From an uncultured Acidimicrobiaceae bacterium (lineage in GTDB: Bacteria > Actinomycetota > Acidimicrobiia > Acidimicrobiales > RAAP-2): a stretch of 64,000 nucleotides of DNA. Shown in pieces: positions 55,303 to 64,000 of this stretch (position 1 is its first letter; each line of letters opens with the position of its first letter). The translations under genes were made by a program, and so were the position numbers. A model generated the notes under the pieces. That model saw only the letters and a list, made by a program, of their open reading frames with translations, had not been told where the DNA came from and made no database searches. The stretch covers positions 79,576 to 143,575 of the forward strand of contig CAWIEV010000004.1 in NCBI GenBank assembly GCA_963835325.1. Direction: 5' to 3'.

Positions 55303-56101
55303 GTGGGAAGTGGGGGTCGTGGCCGGACCAGAGCGTCGACACCAGCCGGAGGAGCAGCTTCCGCCCGGCGAGACCCGGGCAAGCCGGCCCGATCGGGCTC
55401 ATCCTCACCTTCGTCGTGGCCCTCGTGGCCATCGGCGGGGTCGGCCGCCTTCTTCATGTCGCAGACCTACACGTCGCCGAACCCCCGACGGGATCGAGGT
55501 GGCCACAGTCCGCTCGGGACCGCCGTGGTCGAACGGCAAGACGTGCCGCACGTGGCGCTCCGGTTCCAGACCTATCCCGACTCGACGGGCTTCGGTGGAC
55601 GGCAAGGCAGATCCATCCCAGCGGCAATCCGAGCTGGCCCGCCTACGGACTCACCAACCAGTTCCAGGTGCCGGCCCACGCGCTGGTGACGGTTACGCGT
55701 CCGGCAGTACGACTCGGGCGGGTCGCTCAACAACCCGTGGTTCGCCAACGTGCGCGGCACGGTCGGCGGGCACCGCCGCTTCACCGCTCCAACGGCAAGA
55801 CCACGGTGGTCAACCACTGGGATCCCAACAACATCGGGCCACACCTTCACCATGCGGGGCGCCCCGGGCGTCGACCCGGACTTCTTCCTCAACGTCCCGC
55901 TGCCGACCAACGCCAATCTGCCGACCGGCTCGTCGAACGACGACGCCGGCCAGCACTACACGGTGATGTTCAGCTTCATCTCCGGCAGCAAGGGCACTAC
56001 GCCTGGAACTGCGAGTTCCCCTGCGGGATCGATGGTGGCCGGCTTCGGGGGCGTCGATGGGCGCCTACGGGTACATGTCGGGGTTCGTCCATGTCGTTTG
56101 A
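55303..56101 (+). pseudogene. Membrane-anchored cupredoxin-like protein (CoxII-like CEFPCG motif), about eight frame breaks
   Basis: Colinear pieces occur in all three frames: GLILTFVVALVAIGGVG / AAFFMSQTYTSPNP / VPHVALRFQTYPDSTGFG / HPSGNPSWPAYGLTNQFQVPAHALVTVT / NGKTTVVNHWDPNNIG / HTFTMRGAPGVDPDFFLNVPLP...QHYTVMFSFISGSKG / HYAWNCEFPCGIDGG / MGAYGYMSGFVHVV-stop (56099-56101). The start is a guess. Confidence 0.45.
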
Positions 56102-57001
56102 GGAAGCGAGGTAGAACGAAGCATCGAGGACGACACGTCCTGAGCGGCAAGCCGTTCTTCTCGCGGGCCGGGCGGGAAGATCTTCATCATCTGGCTGGTC
56201 TTCACCGTCGTGGGCGTCCTGATCGGCGTCTACGCCCCCCACCACCTGCTGCCCGCCCTCCTGTCCCCCGAGGGCGGCGACGTGTGGGCGACCGTGGTCG
56301 TCTTCACCGTGCTGGCCGCCCCGGTGGCCGCCTTCGTCTACGCGGTGGGCTTCTACAGCCTGATCGCCTGGCGCCACAAGCGGCGACCCGGACGAGCCGC
56401 CCGCCCGACGGCGCCCCCCAGCGGGGCAACGGGCCCGATGACGGTCCTGTGGCTGGGCATCTCGCCGTTCCTGGTCGTGGTGCTGCTGTTCTGGGGCATC
56501 ACCGTGTGGACCGCCCAGCAGGTGACCCACCCGAACACCCTCCAGGTCAACGTGACCGGTCAGCAGTGGGTGTGGACGTACAGCTACCCGGGCACGGGTG
56601 TGGAGACCCGGACGCTGGAGCTGCCCGCTGAACCGGCCGGTCGAGTTCAACGTGACCTCGGTGGACGTGACCCACGGTTTCTGGCCGGCCGCGCCTCGGC
56701 GTGCAGGTCGACGCCAATCCCGGCGAGGTGACGGTCATCCGCACCACGCCGAACAAGCTCGGGAGCTTCACGTCCAGTGCAGCCAGCTGTGCGGGCTCTA
56801 CCACGCCTTCATGAACGACTCCGGCGGCGGTGGTGACCCCGAGCAGTTCGCAGCTGGCTCCAGACCCACGGAGCCCTCGGTGGCCGCGGCCAGAACACGA
56901 CGGCCGACGGTCGTCTACGTGACGGTGAGAAGAAGCGGTCCCGGGTCGGATGTCAACACCGTGGCTGGACAGGACTGCAGTACGCAGGACCGAAAGGGTG
57001 A
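56097..57001 (+). pseudogene. ctaC: Cytochrome c oxidase subunit II, three or more frame breaks
   Basis: KIFIIWLVFTVVGVLIG ... LQVNVTGQQWVWTYSYPG is in the frame of ORF 56210... NRPVEFNVTSVDVTHGFWP and the CuA motif CSQLCGLYHAFM are in ORF 56598... Start (TTG 56097) and stop (TGA 56999-57001) are tentative. Confidence 0.7.
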
Positions 57002-57018
57002 CGAACGTGACGACAGCC

Positions 57019-58962
<1,944 letters not shown>

Positions 58963-58963
<1 letters not shown>

Positions 58964-59668
58964 TGGCCGTCGCCGACACCGGGAGTGGCGACGTACGACG
59001 ATCACGGGCCGGCCCGGTCGCCGATGAAAGCCACGACGGTTCTCATCACGAGACGGCTGAACAACGGGACCAGAAGGAGCGCCTGGCCATCTGGCTGTTC
59101 ATCGCCGGGGACGCGCTGTTCCTGCTGCTGGAGCTCTTCACCTGGTTCTATCTGCGAGCCCTCAATACGAGCGGAATGTGGCGGGGTGCGGCGTGCTCGA
59201 AGGCCAATCCGTGCACGGATGGCCTGGGAAACCCCATCACCCGCGAGGTGGCCAAGGCCGATCCCGGTACACGGTAGCCATTGCCGCACTGACCGTCGTC
59301 GCCGCCCTCTCATCTGGGCCACGGAGCGGTCGGCCCGGAACGGGGAGAATCGTCGGGTGGTCGCCGGTTTTGCCGGCCTGGGCCTCGTCGTGCTTCTGGC
59401 CGCCGTCGGCCTGGCCGTCTACCAGTTCCAGGTGCTCCCGTTCACCACCGTCGACGGTGCCTATGCGTCGACGTTCGAGTTCTTCATGGGGTCGACATTG
59501 GCTCACCTCATTCTGCTCGCCTTCATCGGGTTCGGATTGTGGAACCGAGCCCGCCAGGGTCGTTATGACGACGGGCGCTGGTACCGGGTGCGGGTGATCC
59601 GGTACTTCGCCGTGTGGATCGCGGTCTCCGCATGCGTGTTGGCCATCGTGATGTCGCTGTTCGCGTGA
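58963..59668 (+). pseudogene. ctaE: Heme-copper oxidase subunit III-family protein, two frame breaks near 59265-59310
   Basis: The ATG shares one nt with the ctaD TGA. KERLAIWLFIAGDALFLLLELFTWFYL is in ORF 58963... The text then runs through HTVAIAALTVVAAL to LIWATERS...GLGLVVLLAAVGLAVYQF...FEFFMGSTLAHLILLAFIG...YFAVWIAVSACVL in ORF 58985..59668. Confidence 0.6.
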
Positions 59669-59767
59669 GCCGGACCGTCGAGGGCGCCCCCCGGCCCATG
59701 GAGCCCGGGAGGATCGGCGTTCTGCTCGTTCGTTTGGCTTTTCCCTGACCAGGGTAGGAGGAGGAAC

Positions 59768-60193
59768 GTGTTCAAAACGATCGTCGTCGGAGCCGACAGG
59801 TCGCCGACTGCTCGTCAAGCCGTCGTGGCGGCGGCCGATCTGGCTCAGATCATGAGGGCCAAGCTCCACATCGTCGCCGCCCTCGACCCCGAGCAGGGGC
59901 CCATGCGCAGCGAGAAGGGGGGCTATGTGGACCCGAGCCATCCCGCCGAGGTGTTGTTGGCCAACCTCACCGCCATCGCCGAGGAGCGGGGGCTCGAGAC
60001 GTCCGTGCACCAGTGTTCGGATGCGCCCGCCGACGCCGTCGTACAGGTGGCCGAGGAGGTCGACGCCGATCTCATCGTGGTGGGGAACAAGGGGATGAAA
60101 GGAGTGCGTCGGGTCCTCGGCAGCGTCCCCAACTCCGTCGCCCATGCCGCCCCCTGCTCCGTGTTGATCGTGGATACGGAGGGAGCGGACTGA
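59768..60193 (+). CDS. Universal stress protein (UspA family)
   Basis: GGAGGAGGA lies before GTG 59768. 141 aa with IVVGADRS, LIVVGNKGMKG and LGSVPNSVAHAAPCSVLIV. Confidence 0.85.
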   Translation: MFKTIVVGADRSPTARQAVVAAADLAQIMRAKLHIVAALDPEQGPMRSEKGGYVDPSHPAEVLLANLTAIAEERGLETSVHQCSDAPADAVVQVAEEVDADLIVVGNKGMKGVRRVLGSVPNSVAHAAPCSVLIVDTEGAD

Positions 60194-60296
60194 GCGCGTC
60201 CGCTGCCCGCGGGTTCCCGGCCCCGCGTTGTCCGACCGGCACCGGGCCGATCACTTCCCGGCCTCGCCCGCGGGCAACGCAGCCGGCAGGGATGGT

Positions 60297-60572
60297 TCAG
60301 GTTCCGGGCGGCCAGTTCTTCATCAGATCGGATTTGACGGCCACGATGAGGCCGAAGGCGACCGTGTAGAAGATCACCACCACCGCGGTCAGCGTGAGCT
60401 GCGAGTAGGTGAAGACGGCGACGGCGATCAGGAAGAGATACAACCCGACGGTGGTGCGGCCCTGCCAGGTCAGTGGGGCGAAGCCCAGGCCACCCTCCTT
60501 CTTCCCGAACCAGAGGTCGGGCCCGGTCCCCTCCTGTTCCGGCTGCAACCCTTCGGGACCCACGCCACCCAC
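60297..60572 (-). CDS. Small two-helix membrane protein
   Basis: 91 aa with WFGKKEGGLGFAPLTWQGRTTVGLYLFLIAVAVFTY and LTAVVVIFYTVAFGLIVAV. Confidence 0.5.
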   Translation of the reverse strand: MGGVGPEGLQPEQEGTGPDLWFGKKEGGLGFAPLTWQGRTTVGLYLFLIAVAVFTYSQLTLTAVVVIFYTVAFGLIVAVKSDLMKNWPPGT

Positions 60573-60702
60573 GGTACCCGGCCGGACCCGACCGGGAGCG
60601 GGCGCCCACCCGCTGGACTAAGACGGTGGAGTGCAAGCGGAGCAGCGGGGCCACCACGGACAGCACGGGGCCACACCGGCTGCGGCGGACACGGGGGCGG
60701 AG

Positions 60703-61800
60703 ATGCCGATCCTCCTGGCCGCACCGGACAAGTTCAGGGGGACGGTCACCGCCCGCCAGGCGGCGGACTCGGTTTCCCGGGGAGCCTCACCGTTCGGATG
60801 GTCGGTGCACCAGGTTCCCCTGTCCGACGGGGGAGAGGGGTTCCTCGACGCACTGGCCGGGCTCGGGGGCACCCTGGAGACGGCTGACGTGGAGGGTCCC
60901 CTGGGCGAGACGGTCGGTGCGGCGTGGCTCCGTATGGGAGACCTGGCCGTGGTCGAGATGGCCCAGGCCTCCGGGCTGGCCCTGGTCGGTGGAGCCGAGG
61001 GCAACGATGCCATCCGGGCCACCACCCGGGGCGTCGGCCAGCTCATCGTGACTGCGGCACGAGCCCTGGCCGGTGGCCGGGCCTCGGTGCCGGGGCCGGG
61101 CACCGAGGCCCCTCGGAGCGGGGAAGGTGCTCGCGGGCGTCCCACCATCGTGGTGGGGCTCGGCGGTTCGGCCACCACCGACGGGGGCCGGGGGGCGCTC
61201 GAGGTCATCGAAGCAGCCGGCGGAGTCGGATCCGTGGCCCTCGTGGGCGCCTGCGATGTCGATGTCGGGTTCGTCGAGGCCGCCCGCCGATTCGGCCCCC
61301 AGAAGGGAGCAACCGCCGATCAGGTCGTCCAGTTGGAATCCAGGCTGGAGTCGCTGGCCGAACGGTACGCCGACGACTACGGGGTCGACGTGCGATGCGT
61401 CGAAGGAGCCGGCGCCGCCGGTGGCTTCGGGGGTGCCATCGTCGCGCTGGGCGGCCGTCTCAGATCCGGGTACGAGGTGGTCGCCGAACTTGTCGGCTTC
61501 CGGGAGCTGCTGCACCGGAGCCGGTTGGTGGTAACCGGCGAAGGGGCTCTCGATGCCACGTCGCTGTTGGGGAAGGTGGTCGGATCCGTCCTCCGGGATG
61601 CCGGGCAGGAGGTCGTCCCGGTCCTGGTGATCGCGGGCAGGGCCTCGCCGGACACCGCCGCCGAGGTGGAGCGGCGCGGCGCCCGGGTGGTCTCGCTGAC
61701 CGAGCGCTTCGGTGCCGACCGGGCCGTGGGCCAGACGGCGGGCTGCATCGAAGAGGCGGTGGCCGAGTACGTGAGCCGACCGGGTCAGACGAACTCGTAG
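60703..61800 (+). CDS. Glycerate kinase
   Basis: ATG 60703. MPILLAAPDKFRGTVTARQAA...VPLSDGGEGFLDAL...ATTRGVGQLI...GLGGSATTDGG...VVTGEGALDATSLLGKV is the glycerate kinase (GlxK/GarK family) pattern. Intact. Confidence 0.85.
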   Translation: MPILLAAPDKFRGTVTARQAADSVSRGASPFGWSVHQVPLSDGGEGFLDALAGLGGTLETADVEGPLGETVGAAWLRMGDLAVVEMAQASGLALVGGAEGNDAIRATTRGVGQLIVTAARALAGGRASVPGPGTEAPRSGEGARGRPTIVVGLGGSATTDGGRGALEVIEAAGGVGSVALVGACDVDVGFVEAARRFGPQKGATADQVVQLESRLESLAERYADDYGVDVRCVEGAGAAGGFGGAIVALGGRLRSGYEVVAELVGFRELLHRSRLVVTGEGALDATSLLGKVVGSVLRDAGQEVVPVLVIAGRASPDTAAEVERRGARVVSLTERFGADRAVGQTAGCIEEAVAEYVSRPGQTNS

Positions 61801-63247
61801 GCGGCCGGGTCGGGTTCCTTCATCTCGTGGCGGAACCGGATGAACGACCACGGCCAGACCATGGGCAGTCCACGGTCGTCGAGGTACCAGCTCCGGCAGC
61901 CGGTGACCCACACGGTCTGTTGCGCGGCCTGCTCCCGGGCATGCTCGAACCGGGCCAGGGCGTCGCGGGTGGCGCAGACCTCCCGGCAGTCACCGGACCG
62001 GAGGCGGTCGACGAGCTGCATGATGTAGCCGAACTGGAGTTCGGCCACCTCGATGAGGGAGAAGTTCCCGACCGGCCCGTTGGGGCCGTTCAGCATGAAG
62101 AAGTTGGGGAACCCGGGGACCGAGATGGACAGGTAGGCCTCGGGACGCGGGCTCCAGGCCTCGTCGAGAGTGATCGCCGTGGCGCCCGACGACCTCCATC
62201 GGCCGCATGAAGGCATCGGCCTGGAAGCCGGTGGCCAGCACGAGCACGTCGAGCTCGTGGAGCCGGCCGTCTTCCGTGCGGACACCGGCGGGCTCGACGC
62301 CCTCGATGGCCTCGGTGACCAGCTCGGCGTTCGGCTGCTGGATGGCGGCGTAGAAGTCGGGGGAGACGATCAGCCGCTTGCAGGCGGCCCGGTAGTCCGG
62401 ACGCAGCCGCCGCCGGAGGACCGGATCGGCGCACGTTGTCCTCGAGGTTGGCCAGACACGCCTGCTCGATCATCTTGATCTCGGCGATTCGGCGTCCACG
62501 ACCGCGTTGGAGAAGATGTCGAACATGTCCGAAATCTGCTGGCGGGTTCGGGCCAGCCCATCGCGGATCGTTCCGCCACGCCTCCCGCTCCTCGTCGGAG
62601 TAGGCCGGGATTCTCCTGCGGCATGACCCACTGGGCGGTGCGCTGGAACAGGGACAGGTGGGCGACGCGGTCGACGACGGCGGAGACGATCTGCACGGCC
62701 GTCGACCCGGTGCCGATGATCCCCGACCCGGGCGCCGTCGAGCTGCGCACCGTGGTCCCAACGGGCGCTGTGGAACATGGCCCCCTCGAAGGTGTCCAAC
62801 CCGTCGATGTCGGGGTACTTGGGATGGTGGAGCACCCCGGTGGCGGCGATGACCACGTCGACCTCGTCGTGCGTGTCCGGCGGCCGTCGTGAGACGTCCA
62901 CCGCCCGTCCGAGAAGGGCAGCGGGTGACCGGATCGCCGAAGCGGATCCGGGGCACGACGCCGCGGTCCTCGGCCACCTGCTGGAGGTAGGCGTGGATCT
63001 CGGGGCCGGAGGCGTAGCGGTGGCTCCATCCGGGGTCGGGGCGAACGAGTAGGAGTAGAGGTGCGAGGGCACGTCGCAGGAGAGCCCCGGGTAGGTGTTC
63101 TCCCGCCAGGTCCCACCGACCCCGTCGCGCCTTCTCGTAGACGGTGAAGTCGGTGAGGCCGGCCTCGTCCAGCCTGATGGCGCTCAGGATGCCGGCCATG
63201 CCCGCGCCGATGACCGCACACCTCACCCGGTGCCGGCTCCGATCCAT
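61785..63247 (-). pseudogene. FAD/NADPH-dependent flavoprotein monooxygenase (BVMO/FMO type), about eight frame breaks
   Basis: VRCAVIGAGMAGILSAIRL is in ORF 62090..63247. PSHLYSYSFAP, HDEVDVVIAATGVLHHPKYPDIDGLDTFEGAMFHSARWDH (the FxGxxxHxxxW fingerprint) and IIGTGSTAVQIV lie in other frames. The C-terminal NFFMLNGPNGPVGNFSLIEVAELQ...RFRHEMKEPDPAAYEFV is in ORF 61785..62285. Confidence 0.7.
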
Positions 63248-63249
63248 GG

Positions 63250-63425
63250 GACCGAGTCCATCACACCCGGCCCGGTCGTGCCGGGCGACCGGCGACCGAG
63301 TCCATCACACCCGGCCCGGTCGTGCCGGGCGACCGGCGACCGAGTCCATCACACCCGGCCCGGTCGTGCCGGGCGACCGGCGACCGAGTCCATCACACCC
63401 GACCCGGACGTCCGCGTCGGCGGAC
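63250..63425. repeat. 44-nt tandem repeat, three perfect copies plus one degenerate, each with an internal 7-bp hairpin
   Basis: gaccgagtccatcacacccggcccggtcgtgccgggcgaccggc occurs at 63250, 63294 and 63338, with a decayed copy from 63382. Within each unit, ccggtcg ... cgaccgg can pair. The array occupies most of the 206-nt divergent spacer between the monooxygenase ATG (63247) and the AKR ATG (63454). Confidence 0.9.
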
Positions 63426-63453
63426 CGCCCGTGCCGGGGAGTACCGTACGGCG

Positions 63454-64000
63454 ATGATCCCCGACCATTACACGCTCGCCGGCTCCGATGTGTCGATCCC
63501 ACCGCTCGGGGTCGGCACCTGGGCCTGGGGCGACCGTTCCACCTGGGGCATGGGCGGGTACGACTCCGGCCTCACCCGGGGCTCGATCAAGGAGGCGTGG
63601 GACGCCTCCATCGACCACGGCGTGACGTTGTTCGACACCGCCGAGGTGTACGGCCGGGGGGAGAGCGAACGGATCCTCGGGACCCTGCTGGCCGAGGACC
63701 CCGAGCGGGCCGCCTCGGTCGTCGTCGCCACCAAGTTCATGCCCTCGCCCTGGAAGCTGGAGGTCCGCGGTGCACTCATGAAATCGCTCCGGGCCTCGCT
63801 GAACCGCCTGGGCCTGCCCGCGGTCGACCTCTATCAGATCCACGGCCCGATCAGCCTCCGCTCCCACACGGCGATGGCCGCCGCCCTGGCCGCCGCCCAC
63901 GAAGCCGGGCTGGTCAAGGCGGTCGGGGTCTCCAACTACTCGGAGAAGGAGACCCGGTCGATGGCCGCCGCGCTGCAGCGACACGGCATGCAACTGGCGT
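63454..64000 (+). CDS. Aldo/keto reductase, 5' part (runs off the right edge)
   Basis: ATG 63454. MIPDHYTLAGSDVSIPPLGVGTWAWG...GVTLFDTAEVYGRGESERILG...VVATKF...VDLYQIHGP...VKAVGVSNY. It is not in the ORF track because no stop is reached. Confidence 0.85.
   Translation, partial: MIPDHYTLAGSDVSIPPLGVGTWAWGDRSTWGMGGYDSGLTRGSIKEAWDASIDHGVTLFDTAEVYGRGESERILGTLLAEDPERAASVVVATKFMPSPWKLEVRGALMKSLRASLNRLGLPAVDLYQIHGPISLRSHTAMAAALAAAHEAGLVKAVGVSNYSEKETRSMAAALQRHGMQLA

Overview
High-GC, actinobacterium-like chromosomal segment: GTG/TTG starts, 4-nt start/stop overlaps, and ergothioneine, trehalose, glucosylglycerate, LLM/F420-type and CysO-type genes.

Gene order, left to right:
- ispD (3' end)-ispF-rlmB, DUF427, and an internally deleted flavoprotein disulfide reductase remnant.
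- egtD-egtB.
- A membrane-anchored GH43 plus a paralogous coiled-coil protein, then a class III cyclase.
- A three-gene unit (membrane protein, DUF5134-like membrane protein, Cys-rich BlaI/CopY-like regulator) behind a perfect 10-bp inverted repeat.
- APC permease, LLM oxidoreductase, SRPBCC, DUF2267, and a PAS-HisKA_3 protein lacking the phospho-acceptor His and the ATPase domain.
- tRNA-Thr(UGU), LytR_C-otsB, otsA (one frame break), and TetR + MFS exporter with two copies of a 16-nt operator box.
- gpgS, then a SAM-I-clan riboswitch followed by a ThrC-like enzyme and a CysO-like sulfur carrier.
- A P450-TetR operon with an IS66-family element (perfect 20-bp IRs, 7/8 target duplication) inserted upstream.
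- EthD, methyltransferase, hexapeptide acyltransferase, patatin, and two PD-(D/E)XK-like proteins.
- A translationally coupled polysaccharide cluster: three GT2, a polytopic membrane protein, a CE4 deacetylase, two GH16, a flippase and an ATP-grasp protein.
- Acyl-CoA synthetase and SDR.
- A copper / heme-copper-oxidase island: membrane protein-SCO1 fusion, lipoprotein, two CtaG, cupredoxin, ctaC-ctaD-ctaE.
- Usp, glycerate kinase, a BVMO-type flavoprotein, and an aldo-keto reductase (5' part).

Two cross-cutting oddities:
1. From about 34.8 kb rightwards many recognisable genes are broken by frame shifts (one to eight or more per gene), while interleaved neighbours are intact.
2. Several intergenic spacers are almost completely filled by GC-rich tandem repeats (21, 25/26, 26 and 44 nt).

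No rRNA, CRISPR array or prophage was seen. All family calls come from reading the translations. No database search was run.
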